From the NCBI GenBank assembly GCA_965205055.1, contig OZ242030.1, forward strand, positions 787,116-851,115: DNA of 64,000 nt. The letters are read 5' to 3'. Of this stretch, positions 40,928-50,013 are shown piece by piece. The notes under the pieces are model-generated. The model saw only the letters and a program-made list of their open reading frames with translations, was not told where the DNA came from and ran no database searches. The position numbers and the translations under genes are program-made. Positions within the stretch are counted from its first letter, which is position 1. The number at the start of each line of letters is the position of its first letter. Source of the stretch: Paracoccaceae bacterium (lineage in GTDB: Bacteria; Pseudomonadota; Alphaproteobacteria; Rhodobacterales; Rhodobacteraceae).

Positions 40928-41962
40928 TTACTTGGCATTCCTGGAAATAAGCTCTCTTGCTGTTCCTACCAGCCGAGATCCATCGATGCCCAGTTCATCG
41001 ACTTCGCTGATCCAGCGCGAAACCACCGGCTCCAGTGCGGCCTGAAACTCGGAGGTTTCAGCCTCACTGAGGACGATGTGCTCGTTCCCTGCTTCCACAG
41101 CCATGCCGATGCCAACATCGTCCGAAGCTTTCCAGATTTCACCGACTTCACCCCACCAATCACGCCCGGAGGCCTCCTTGAAGGCGAATTGGACGTCCGC
41201 GGGAAGGCTGTTCCATCTGGCCTCGTTCATGGAAACCTGAAATGTTGTCGTTCCGAAACGCGCCCCGTTGAAGCCTTCGATCTGGTATTGGGTCTGTTCG
41301 TGTATCTTGAGCGAAGGAATGATTTCCCAAGGAATGAACGCGCCGTCGACTGCCCCCTTCTGCAGCGCCTGATGAAGATCGGTGACGGGCATGGAAACGG
41401 GGCTGGCGCCCAGAGCCTCGATGCTCCATGCTCCGGTCCGCGTCGGAATCCGCATCTTCGCGCCCTTCATTTCACGAGGCGAACGGACGGCTCGATTGCG
41501 CATATGAATGCCGTGTCCTGCGTGCACATGCAGAAACATGACCTCCAGACCCGCGTATTCCTGCTCCAACTCACTTTCGAACATGTCGTAGAGCGAAAGA
41601 TTCGCGGCGACGGGATCGTTAACATAGACGAAAGGCAGCTCCATGACTTCGGTGCGCGGAAAAAGTCCCGGCGTATATCCGTTCACCGCCCAAACCAAAT
41701 CCACGACGCCTTCCCTGGCTTGGCTGACCAGCTCGGCCGGCCGGCCGCCGAGCGACATCGACGGATGGATTTCAATTGCGACCTTGCCGCCCGAGTTCTC
41801 TTCGACTTGCCTAGCCCACGGCTGCAGCATCCGCGCGTGCGCCGGAGATTGATCACTCAGCAAATGGTGCAGTTTGAACGTGTATTCTTGACCGTTTGCC
41901 GCCGATGCCGTCAGAACGCAGGCTGCCGCGAACGGAAGAATTTGTTTGATTGCGTTCACCAA
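40928..41962 (-). CDS. dctP: TRAP transporter substrate-binding protein (DctP family)
   Basis: Signal peptide plus DctP-family body. No dctQM is adjacent; the downstream sequence is an IS remnant. Confidence 0.85.
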   Translation of the reverse strand: MVNAIKQILPFAAACVLTASAANGQEYTFKLHHLLSDQSPAHARMLQPWARQVEENSGGKVAIEIHPSMSLGGRPAELVSQAREGVVDLVWAVNGYTPGLFPRTEVMELPFVYVNDPVAANLSLYDMFESELEQEYAGLEVMFLHVHAGHGIHMRNRAVRSPREMKGAKMRIPTRTGAWSIEALGASPVSMPVTDLHQALQKGAVDGAFIPWEIIPSLKIHEQTQYQIEGFNGARFGTTTFQVSMNEARWNSLPADVQFAFKEASGRDWWGEVGEIWKASDDVGIGMAVEAGNEHIVLSEAETSEFQAALEPVVSRWISEVDELGIDGSRLVGTARELISRNAK

Positions 41963-42090
41963 TGCATTGTCCTCAGACCGGTAATTCCTCGCACGTCCGA
42001 AGTTGTGCTCGCTTACCGACCGCTCCCATTGAGCGCGACCTTCCCAGGAGTCTGTCCTCAGCTCAATATATCACGCGCCTCAAAAATGAC

Positions 42091-43074
42091 TCAACGACAT
42101 TCGGTGCGAGCCGAATTCCGCAAACTGCTTGGGCGAACCTCGTATCCCGGACTTTCGGACTCTGTATCGACGATCTCGGATGGAAAGCCGGGAGCAAGAA
42201 TTTTTTCGCCGCATTTGTCCTCCAGTCTCCGAACGACGTTCGGAGACCATTCGCGCGCTCCGTATCGAGCCGCCGCGTCTTCGAACGCGAATTTGAGTAC
42301 CGGCGCAAGTTCAAGGGGAACTCTTCCTCGCTCCGCGACATCGCAGAACAAATTCAAGTCCTTCAAAACCAGATCCATCGTGAAATTTATGTTCCGGCTG
42401 CCGTTCAGTATGACTTGGCTTTCAGTTTCGTGAACGAATGAATTGCCCGACGATATGCGAATCGCTTCGTAAGTCGTTCCCAAATCCATTCCGGCTTTCT
42501 TTGCGGCCGTCAGAGCCTCGCACAAACTCACCAAATTCGCCGTCGCCAAATAGTTGGTCACGACTTTGAGAATCGAAGCGGAGCCAAGGCCGCCAGTATG
42601 CAGAATGCGGCGCCCCATCGCAGACAGCAGCGGCAGGACGTCCTTGAATACGGAACGCTCGCAACCCGCAAATATTGAAATGTTCCCGGTTGCCGCCCGA
42701 TGGCAGCCGCCCGAAACCGGGCAATCCACCGGTCGGACGCCCAATTCAGCCGCTTTCGCGCCCAGCCGTCGAACCTCGCGTTCGTCGGTGGTGCTCATCT
42801 CGCACCAGATCGTTCCGGGCCTGGCGGCCGACAGCAGTCCGCCCTCGCCTTCCACGACCGCGGCGCTTGCTTCAGGATTGGGAAGACAGGTTACGGCGAC
42901 ATCGCACCGCGCCGCCAAGTCGCCGACGCTCTTGGCTGCCATGGCTCCCTGAGCAGCAAGTTCATCCACCTTCGCCGCATCGAGATCGTGCGCCATTAGC
43001 TCAAAGCCATTCCGCAACGCGCTCCCGGCGAGCTTGCCTCCAACATTTCCCAGACCGATGAATCCGACTCTCAT
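42091..43074 (-). CDS. NAD(P)-dependent beta-hydroxyacid dehydrogenase (3-hydroxyisobutyrate dehydrogenase family)
   Basis: MRVGFIGLGNVGG Rossmann motif and the 6PGDH-like C-terminal domain. Confidence 0.85.
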   Translation of the reverse strand: MRVGFIGLGNVGGKLAGSALRNGFELMAHDLDAAKVDELAAQGAMAAKSVGDLAARCDVAVTCLPNPEASAAVVEGEGGLLSAARPGTIWCEMSTTDEREVRRLGAKAAELGVRPVDCPVSGGCHRAATGNISIFAGCERSVFKDVLPLLSAMGRRILHTGGLGSASILKVVTNYLATANLVSLCEALTAAKKAGMDLGTTYEAIRISSGNSFVHETESQVILNGSRNINFTMDLVLKDLNLFCDVAERGRVPLELAPVLKFAFEDAAARYGAREWSPNVVRRLEDKCGEKILAPGFPSEIVDTESESPGYEVRPSSLRNSARTECR

Positions 43075-43153
43075 TTTCGCTTCCTGTCTCCGAACTGGCA
43101 GATTTGCAGGAATTGCTATGTAATGTCGAAGCTCAAAGCAAGTAAAGCCAAAC

Positions 43154-43501
43154 TCACACTTCTATTTTATGGGGAGCGCCTAAAAACGCCTGCCGGTTGA
43201 ACGGAAACTGTTCAAGCTCAGACGACAAATTGCGTTCGTCGACGCTGCATTCAAACGCCCGAAGATGTCGAGCCCGACAACTAGGACCGTATTCCAGTTG
43301 TATGTTTTTGGCTTGCAGATTGTCGGATGAGGCAGTTTCAAAGACATCACAGCATCCTACTTTGTTCGCGGCGCCGCTTTTGATTTTATTATTGGATAAC
43401 GGATGGAATTCGTTTATTGATTTGAACAATCCCGCCATTTTGCTTTTGGATTGATAATCAATCCTTTCAGTACTAGAAATAAATTTATGCAAATTCGCCA
43501 T
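43154..43501 (-). CDS. hypothetical protein (AT-rich orphan)
   Basis: 115-aa ORF from ATG 43501 with no recognisable motif. The segment 43100-43520 is visibly AT-richer than its flanks. Confidence 0.3.
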   Translation of the reverse strand: MANLHKFISSTERIDYQSKSKMAGLFKSINEFHPLSNNKIKSGAANKVGCCDVFETASSDNLQAKNIQLEYGPSCRARHLRAFECSVDERNLSSELEQFPFNRQAFLGAPHKIEV

Positions 43502-43539
43502 CAGGTTGCGCACTTTGCGGTTGCAGCCGACCGCCCAGC

Positions 43540-44949
43540 CTACTTTTTCAGCGATTGAAAGGCAGCTAAAGCGGCATTGCGCGATTTCTTCAAATCTACG
43601 ACAGGCATTGGATAGATCTTGCCAAGCGCGATGTCGGCTTCTTCCAGAATATGATTGGGTGCCTCCCACGGGGAGAATAGAAATTTGTCGGGCAACGCGG
43701 CAATTTCAGGCACAAACTGCCTTACATAGCATCCGCCGGGATCGAACTTTTGCCCTTGCGCAACGGGGTTGAAAATTCTGAAATACGGCGCTGCATCCGC
43801 GCCGCAACCGGCAATCCATTGCCAATTTGCGCTGTTGCTTGCCAAATCCGCGTCCACAAGGGTGTCTCGAAACCATTTTTCCCCGTGACGCCAATGTATC
43901 ATCAAGTTCTTCACCAAGAACGAACCGACGATCATTCGCACTCGGTTGTGCATGTATCCGGTCTGCCAAAGTTCGCGCATGCCGGCATCCACCATTGGGA
44001 TTCCGGTCATCCCTTTCTGCCAGGCCACCAGATTTTCATCAGGTTCACGCCAGGGGAATGCATCGAATTTGGTTTGCAGATTGCGGCGGTGGAGGTCGGG
44101 ATGATGGAACAACAAGCTGTAGGAGAACTCGCGCCAGCCCAGCTCTCTGCAGAAATGATCCGCGTTCTTGTCGCTCGCCGCGTTCCGGATCGCATGCCAT
44201 GCTTGGTTCGGGGACAATTCCCCGGATTGCAGGTAAGGCGAAAGGCGCGACACATTCATCCGCGCCGGATAGTCGCGCCTATCTTTGTAATCGCCCAGCC
44301 CGGTCTCGCAAAACCGAGCCAGCCTCTCCCGGGCTCCAGCCTCTCCCGCCCGCCAGTGCTCCATGATTCCAGCGCACCAAGGCCGCTCAGGCAAACGGCC
44401 CGGCATTCTTAGGTCCAGAGCTTTCTGGTCCTTCAGCCAGTTCATGCCCTCGGGTGCGGGCAGAGGCATGCGCGGAGGCGCCGCTGCCAAGCATCCCTTG
44501 CGATAGAACGGCGTGAAGACCTTGTAGTGCGCGCCGTCCTGTTTGCGCACGGTCCACGGCTCGAACAGAAGCGATCCGTTGAAACTCTGCGCTTTGACCC
44601 CTCGATTCTTGAGGAAGGCTTTGATTTCCTTGTCGCGCGCGATTCGCCAAGGTTCATAACAGCGGTTCCAATAGACGGCCTCAACATCAAAACGGGCCGT
44701 AAGTTCATCGAATACCGTCTTCGCCGGTCCGCGGCGGAAATTCAGCTTTCCTTTCATCGAGGCATTCAGAGCCGCCAGCGCATGATGCCGCCAGACCCCG
44801 GCCGCTGCGCCGGGAGCAAGGTCGGCGGCCTCCGCATCATCATCAATCCAGATTGGCAGCACACGCTTGTGCAGCGCCGCTTCCAGAAGCGCCGGATTGT
44901 CCGAAAGGCGCAAATCCCGCCGGAACCACATTATCGCGAAAGATGTCAT
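43540..44949 (-). CDS. phrB: deoxyribodipyrimidine photolyase
   Basis: MWFRRDLRLSDNPAL..., WREFSY, TGIPMVDAGMRELWQTGYMHNRVRMIVGSFL. Confidence 0.93.
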   Translation of the reverse strand: MTSFAIMWFRRDLRLSDNPALLEAALHKRVLPIWIDDDAEAADLAPGAAAGVWRHHALAALNASMKGKLNFRRGPAKTVFDELTARFDVEAVYWNRCYEPWRIARDKEIKAFLKNRGVKAQSFNGSLLFEPWTVRKQDGAHYKVFTPFYRKGCLAAAPPRMPLPAPEGMNWLKDQKALDLRMPGRLPERPWCAGIMEHWRAGEAGARERLARFCETGLGDYKDRRDYPARMNVSRLSPYLQSGELSPNQAWHAIRNAASDKNADHFCRELGWREFSYSLLFHHPDLHRRNLQTKFDAFPWREPDENLVAWQKGMTGIPMVDAGMRELWQTGYMHNRVRMIVGSFLVKNLMIHWRHGEKWFRDTLVDADLASNSANWQWIAGCGADAAPYFRIFNPVAQGQKFDPGGCYVRQFVPEIAALPDKFLFSPWEAPNHILEEADIALGKIYPMPVVDLKKSRNAALAAFQSLKK

Positions 44950-44967
44950 CAGCGCGCTTTTCTGATG

Positions 44968-45684
44968 TCAGGGTTCAATGCGGCTTCCGTCCCAAGCATA
45001 GCAATGCCCGCTGTCGGATGCGCCGAGATTTTCAAGAACCTCAAGCATCCGAATGACGGCGTATTGCGGTGAAAACAGCTTGTCCGGAGCAACATTGCTC
45101 TGAAACGGCTTTGAAAGAGGGCTGTCCACGGTGCCCGGATGAAGCCCGACAACGACGGCATGAGGATTGCGGCGGCCCATCTCGATCGAAGCGCTGCGGA
45201 TGATCATGTTGAGCGCGGCCTTCGACGCCCGATAGGAATACCAGCCGCCAAGGCGGTTGTCGGAAATGCTGCCGACGCGGGCCGAAAGCGCTGCGAAAAC
45301 GGCCCTGCGGCAGCGCGGCATCAATGGCAGAAAGTGCTTTGCTATCAAGGCCGGACCGACCGTATTGGCGGAATACAGCGTCAGAAGCTTGTCCGCGCTC
45401 AGATCGCGCAGGGACTTTTCAGGCATCATGCCGGCTTGATGCAGAATTCCGCCCGCGGCGACGATCAGATCAACCGGACCATACTGTCTTGCGCGCTCAG
45501 CCGCGTTCCGCAAGGATGCCTCATCCAGATAGTCCACGCGCACAGTCCGGACGCGCACATCGGATGAACGCAAACCGGTTCGCGACAGACTGCTGATGCA
45601 GGCATTCGGATATTTTCGAGCCAGTTCTGCGGCGAAGGCCGCTCCGATCGCTCCGGAACTGCCGCTTACAACGATATTACGCAT
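44968..45684 (-). CDS. short-chain dehydrogenase/reductase (CsgA-like)
   Basis: VVSGSSGAIG, YSYRASKAAL; 19 nt upstream of phr. Confidence 0.85.
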   Translation of the reverse strand: MRNIVVSGSSGAIGAAFAAELARKYPNACISSLSRTGLRSSDVRVRTVRVDYLDEASLRNAAERARQYGPVDLIVAAGGILHQAGMMPEKSLRDLSADKLLTLYSANTVGPALIAKHFLPLMPRCRRAVFAALSARVGSISDNRLGGWYSYRASKAALNMIIRSASIEMGRRNPHAVVVGLHPGTVDSPLSKPFQSNVAPDKLFSPQYAVIRMLEVLENLGASDSGHCYAWDGSRIEP

Positions 45685-45717
45685 TGCTGATCACGTCTTT
45701 GATAGGCCATTGTTCAA

Positions 45718-45745
45718 GTTACGAAACCGTTCGACATGAAGATCA
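45718..45745 (-). promoter_or_regulatory. sigma-E (RpoE/ChrR-type) promoter candidate for the SDR-phr operon
   Basis: Minus strand reads TGATCT-N16-CGTAAC, ending ~34 nt upstream of the SDR ATG. Confidence 0.6.
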
Positions 45746-45760
45746 TTTTTTATTCAAAAG

Positions 45761-45788
45761 TGATCCGGCTTACACGTCGCTGCGAAAA
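45761..45788 (+). promoter_or_regulatory. sigma-E promoter candidate for rpoE-chrR (autoregulation)
   Basis: TGATCC-N16-CGAAAA on the plus strand upstream of rpoE. Confidence 0.55.
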
Positions 45789-45869
45789 CTGTTTATGATG
45801 GAGCGATGGTTGAAAATTGCGCCGCAGAAACGCTGGTGCCGCGCGACGGCTGAACGCGGCGTTGCAATC

Positions 45870-46427
45870 TTGTCGTTGGACAACACAAAAATATCCGAGC
45901 AGACCAAGCATTTGCTGGCCGTGCGCGATAGACGCGACAAGGATGCTTTTGCTGCGCTGTTCGATCATTTCGCCCCGCGACTGAAGGGGTTTTTCATGCG
46001 CAGCGGCTGCTCTGCCGCATTCGCGGAAGAAATTGTCCAGGATGTGATGCTGACGCTGTGGCACAAAAGCGCGCAATTCGATCCTCATCGTGCCCAAGCT
46101 TCGGCCTGGATCTATAAGATCGCCCGCAACCGCCACATCGACCTGTTGCGCAAATCGAGCCGACCGCTGCCGGAAGAGTACGAAAGCGAAATGCGGACCG
46201 AGCCTGACACCACGCAAATTCTGTCGCTCCAACAGGAGGCGGAGCAATTGAGAGAAGCGCTGAAGAAACTGAATCGCGAACAACGGCAGGTGATCGAACG
46301 CGCCTACCTCGGCGAGTTGACCCATCGGGAGATCAGCGCCTCGACCGGGCTGCCGCTCGGCACCGTCAAGTCCCGCATCCGTCTTGGCCTTGAGCGGCTG
46401 CGCCATGAACTGAAAGGTCTGAGATAA
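45870..46427 (+). CDS. rpoE: ECF sigma factor RpoE (ChrR-regulated group)
   Basis: ..RDKDAFAALFDHFAPRLKGFF...THREISASTGLPLGTVKSRIRLGLERLR. The TTG 45870 start is chosen by length comparison with R. sphaeroides RpoE; an alternative ATG is at 45795. Confidence 0.85.
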   Translation: MSLDNTKISEQTKHLLAVRDRRDKDAFAALFDHFAPRLKGFFMRSGCSAAFAEEIVQDVMLTLWHKSAQFDPHRAQASAWIYKIARNRHIDLLRKSSRPLPEEYESEMRTEPDTTQILSLQQEAEQLREALKKLNREQRQVIERAYLGELTHREISASTGLPLGTVKSRIRLGLERLRHELKGLR

Positions 46428-46429
46428 TC

Positions 46430-47065
46430 ATGTCAGCTATCACGCATCATATACCGGATCATCTGCTTGCGGCGTACGCCTCTTGCAGCCTTCCGGATGC
46501 ATTTGCGCTGGCGGTGGCAAGCCATATTTCCATGTGTCAGCTTTGCCGCGCCGGGCTTGAGGCCCACCAGCTGGCCGGCGGCATTCTGCTGGACGACAGC
46601 TCGGCGGAAAATCTCTCCGGCACCTTGAAATCCGACGTCATGGCGCTGCTGGACCAGCCCTTTCATACCGAACCGGAGTATGGGCGGCGCGAAATCTTTC
46701 CCGGTCCTCTCAACGCGACCATGAAGGGGCTGAATCCGGCTTGGAAGAAATTGGGGATGGGCGTCCGGCAAAGCATTCTGTTTGCCGGCAAGGAAGGCTC
46801 GGCGCGCCTGCTCTGGATTCCGCCGGGCCAGCACGTTCCGGATCATGGCCATAACGGGCTGGAACTGACGCTGGTGCTTCAAGGAAGTTTCTCCGACGAG
46901 ACCGGGCATTACGGCGTCGGAGATCTGGAGGTCGGCGATGAAGATCTGGAGCACACGCCGGTTGCGGGGACTGAAGTCCCGTGCATCTGCTTGGCCGCGA
47001 CCGATGCGGCCCTGCGGTTCAATGCCTTCATTCCCCGGCTGCTGCAGCCGCTTTTCCGGATATGA
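46430..47065 (+). CDS. chrR: anti-sigma-E factor ChrR
   Basis: N-terminal zinc anti-sigma domain (H..ASHISMCQLC) plus a C-terminal cupin (PDHGHNGLELTLVLQGSF). It lies 2 nt after rpoE. Confidence 0.9.
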   Translation: MSAITHHIPDHLLAAYASCSLPDAFALAVASHISMCQLCRAGLEAHQLAGGILLDDSSAENLSGTLKSDVMALLDQPFHTEPEYGRREIFPGPLNATMKGLNPAWKKLGMGVRQSILFAGKEGSARLLWIPPGQHVPDHGHNGLELTLVLQGSFSDETGHYGVGDLEVGDEDLEHTPVAGTEVPCICLAATDAALRFNAFIPRLLQPLFRI

Positions 47066-47791
47066 TCATTTGCCGCGCCAGACGATGAAATCGGGCAAAA
47101 TCGCGAGCGCGCGGATGAACCATGAGAACGGCGCAGGAAAATCCGTGCGGAATTGGCGCTTGCGAATGGCCTTGATCACGTGGCTCGCCGCTTCTTCCGG
47201 CGTCATCAGCATGGGCATCTTGAACGCGTTCTTCGCCGTCAGCCGGGTGCGGATGAACCCGGGATTCACCAGCTTGACGGCAATATTCGTCTTCCGCAAA
47301 TCGTAGCGCATGGTTTCCGCCATGCTGCGCAGCGCCGCCTTGCTCGAACCGTAGCCGAGCGCGGCCGGGAGCCCGCGATAGGCCGCGAGCGAGCCGACCA
47401 GAACGATTTCTCCGGCATCACGGCTTAAAAATCGAGGAATGACCGCTCCGACCACATTCACGGCGCCCGCGTAATTCACCGCCGACATCCGCAAAATGGC
47501 GTCCGTATCCCATGCTTGCGTCGCGATCGGATCATAGGCTCCGGCATTGTAGATCACGATATCGGCGTGGCAGGCCTGCGCCGCCGCGTTTTCGACGGCC
47601 TCCGGCTCAACTGCGTCCATCACCAGCGCAGTCGCTCCGGGCAATGCGTCGCAGAGTGTTGTCAGCCTTTCGCCGTTGCGCGCAGACAATATCAGATGCA
47701 CGCCTTGGCCATGGAGTTGTTTGGCCATCGCCCTGCCAAGCCCTTCGCTGGCGCCGATCAGCCAGCAGGTTTTTCCGCGCAAATCCTTCAT
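47066..47791 (-). CDS. short-chain dehydrogenase/reductase
   Basis: CWLIGASEGLG, YGSSKAAL. ATG 47791 overlaps the upstream gene's stop. Confidence 0.85.
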   Translation of the reverse strand: MKDLRGKTCWLIGASEGLGRAMAKQLHGQGVHLILSARNGERLTTLCDALPGATALVMDAVEPEAVENAAAQACHADIVIYNAGAYDPIATQAWDTDAILRMSAVNYAGAVNVVGAVIPRFLSRDAGEIVLVGSLAAYRGLPAALGYGSSKAALRSMAETMRYDLRKTNIAVKLVNPGFIRTRLTAKNAFKMPMLMTPEEAASHVIKAIRKRQFRTDFPAPFSWFIRALAILPDFIVWRGK

Positions 47792-48561
47792 GTGTCGGCT
47801 TTGCCGAGCTCCGAACAGTTCGAAACCAGCCGCTCCGGTGGGGGCGGGTTCCGAACAAACGGTGCCCGCTTCCTCCAAAGTTTGAGCGCCTGCCAGTGAA
47901 TCAGAATCTTCGTGCGCAGCCCGCTGGCCGGACGAAGGACGGCCGCTTTCAGCAAGGACAGGTTGCTGGCCGGCCGGCGCATTCCGGCAAGAGTCGCGAT
48001 TACGCCTTCCGCGCCGTTTCGAAATGAAATCAGGATGTTGACGCGGTCGTCGGTCAGGCCGAAGTTGAACGTGTATTCGCCTGCCACCTGCTGGAAGGGC
48101 GATACATGCATGATTTTCTCCGCATGGACGGGCTCGCTGAATGCAATCTCGCGGAAATCCTTGCGCGCGCAGAAATAGCAGTGCCGATGCCCGAAGGTAT
48201 TGTCCACTTCCGCAACGAAGGCGCGCGGCCTGCCGTCGATCAGAGCGATCCAGAAACTGACGGGGTTGTACTGGAACCACAGAAAGCCCGGCTGCGCCAG
48301 AAGCAGCAGCTTCGCATCTTCGACAGGAAAGCCCTTGTCCCTGAGCAGCGCGCGAAACCACTCCGGCCCAAGACCCTGCCGGCGGACGCCGCCGTGGTGG
48401 CGGTCCTTCAACGACCAGAGGTTGAACCGGTTGCGCGACAACAGCAGCGGCCCTTTCATCTCCGGCGGCGTCAGGATGAAATCCACGTTGTAGCGGAATG
48501 CGTTTTTCAGCGCGCCCCGGCGTGCGTGCGTCGTTACGGCCTGAATATGCTCCGCCTTCAT
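47788..48561 (-). CDS. DUF1365-family protein
   Basis: MKAEHIQAVTTHARRGALKNAFRYNVDFILTP... is a typical DUF1365 N-terminus. The long track ORF upstream of 48561 is antisense to the FAD enzyme gene. Confidence 0.8.
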   Translation of the reverse strand: MKAEHIQAVTTHARRGALKNAFRYNVDFILTPPEMKGPLLLSRNRFNLWSLKDRHHGGVRRQGLGPEWFRALLRDKGFPVEDAKLLLLAQPGFLWFQYNPVSFWIALIDGRPRAFVAEVDNTFGHRHCYFCARKDFREIAFSEPVHAEKIMHVSPFQQVAGEYTFNFGLTDDRVNILISFRNGAEGVIATLAGMRRPASNLSLLKAAVLRPASGLRTKILIHWQALKLWRKRAPFVRNPPPPERLVSNCSELGKADT

Positions 48562-48567
48562 ATCGGC

Positions 48568-48595
48568 AATACGCCTCCTCTCCGCCGCCGGATCA
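48568..48595 (-). promoter_or_regulatory. sigma-E promoter candidate for DUF1365-SDR
   Basis: Minus strand reads TGATCC-N16-CGTATT. The -10-like hexamer ends 7 nt from the ATG. Confidence 0.6.
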
Positions 48596-48612
48596 GATTT
48601 CTTCGGATAAAG

Positions 48613-48640
48613 TGATCCGCCCGCGTTCCGGCCGCGTAAT
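48613..48640 (+). promoter_or_regulatory. sigma-E promoter candidate for the FAD-oxidoreductase/CFA-synthase-like operon
   Basis: TGATCC-N16-CGTAAT, 33 nt upstream of ATG 48673. Confidence 0.65.
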
Positions 48641-48672
48641 CGCTGCACTAGCGAAACGGCAAGGCAATTGGA

Positions 48673-50013
48673 ATGCCAAGTCAGAGTTCCGGCCCCCGGA
48701 AGAAAATCGCAGTTGTCGGCGGCGGAATTTCGGGCCTTTCGGCAGCATTTTACCTGTCTGGACGTCACAATGTGACACTGTACGAAGCCTGCAGCCGCCT
48801 CGGGGGCCACGCCCGAACCGTGCTGGCGGGCAAAAACGGGAATCAGCCGGTCGACACCGGTTTCATTGTTTTCAACTACGCGACATACCCCCATCTGACC
48901 CGGCTGTTTCACGATCTTGATGTGCCGGTCGAGAAAAGCGACATGAGCTTCTGCGCCAGCATCAACAACGGCGCTGTCGAATACGGGCTTGGCGGCCTGC
49001 GACCCCTTCTCGCTCAGAAACGCAACCTGCTGCGCCCGCGGTTCCACCGGATGATCTTGGACGTGCTGCGCTTCGGCAAGCAGGCCGCGACCACCGCGAA
49101 GAGCGACGACACAACCATTGCCGAACTGATTGAAAGCATGGGTCTCAGCCGCGAATTCCGGGACTGGTATTTGCTGCCGATGTGCGGCGCAATCTGGTCG
49201 ACGCCCATGGAGGAGATCGATGCCTTTCCGGCGAAATCGATCATTCGGTTCTTTCAGAACCACGCGCTTCTTGCCGGCAGCGAAAAGCGGCAGTGGTGGA
49301 CGGTCAAGGGCGGAAGCATCGAGTATGTCCGGCGGCTTGAAACCGCGTTGCTGGCGCAGGGCTGCCAGATCCGCGCGGGAGCCGCTGTCCGGAACGCCTG
49401 TCGCCAGGATCTTGGCGTCACGGTGGTCACGGATGGGCGAAAGCAGCGGTTCGATGAGATCGTCTTGGCCTGCCACACGGATCAGGCTCTCCACATTCTG
49501 GGCAACGACGCAAATCGCGCGGAGAGAGATGCTCTGTCCGCAATCCGCTATCAGCCCAATGCCGCCATTTTGCACGCCGACCCGAGCCAAATGCCCGAAC
49601 GGCGCGCCTGCTGGTCGAGCTGGGCCTACAAATCTCAGGAAGGCGCGATCGGCGTGACCTACTGGATGAACAGCCTGCAAAGAATCGACAAGAGCGATCC
49701 GCTGTTTGTTACCCTGAACCCGGCCTATCCGATCCGGGAAGACCGGGTTTACGATGCCGTTGAATTTGCGCATCCGGTCTATGACCGCAAGGCTCTCGCA
49801 GCGCAGAAAGCCATCCGCGCCATTCAAGGACAAAACCGCACCTGGTTTGCCGGAGCTTGGAACCGTCACGGTTTCCACGAGGACGGCATCGCCAGCGCAA
49901 TGCGCGTCGTGCGGGCCATGAATGCATCCGTTCAAAAGAAAGGAACAGAACTTGCGACTTACGAACAAAGCTCTGAAGACGGAATTTCTGTCGACTTGCG
50001 AGCGTCTGCATGA
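48673..50013 (+). CDS. NAD(P)/FAD-dependent oxidoreductase (amine-oxidase/desaturase-like)
   Basis: KIAVVGGGISGLSAAFYL dinucleotide motif; 446 aa. Confidence 0.88.
   Translation: MPSQSSGPRKKIAVVGGGISGLSAAFYLSGRHNVTLYEACSRLGGHARTVLAGKNGNQPVDTGFIVFNYATYPHLTRLFHDLDVPVEKSDMSFCASINNGAVEYGLGGLRPLLAQKRNLLRPRFHRMILDVLRFGKQAATTAKSDDTTIAELIESMGLSREFRDWYLLPMCGAIWSTPMEEIDAFPAKSIIRFFQNHALLAGSEKRQWWTVKGGSIEYVRRLETALLAQGCQIRAGAAVRNACRQDLGVTVVTDGRKQRFDEIVLACHTDQALHILGNDANRAERDALSAIRYQPNAAILHADPSQMPERRACWSSWAYKSQEGAIGVTYWMNSLQRIDKSDPLFVTLNPAYPIREDRVYDAVEFAHPVYDRKALAAQKAIRAIQGQNRTWFAGAWNRHGFHEDGIASAMRVVRAMNASVQKKGTELATYEQSSEDGISVDLRASA

Noticed and set aside
40775-42433. 552-aa plus-strand ORF over dctP
   Set aside because: It is antisense to a clear DctP-family gene and has no motifs.
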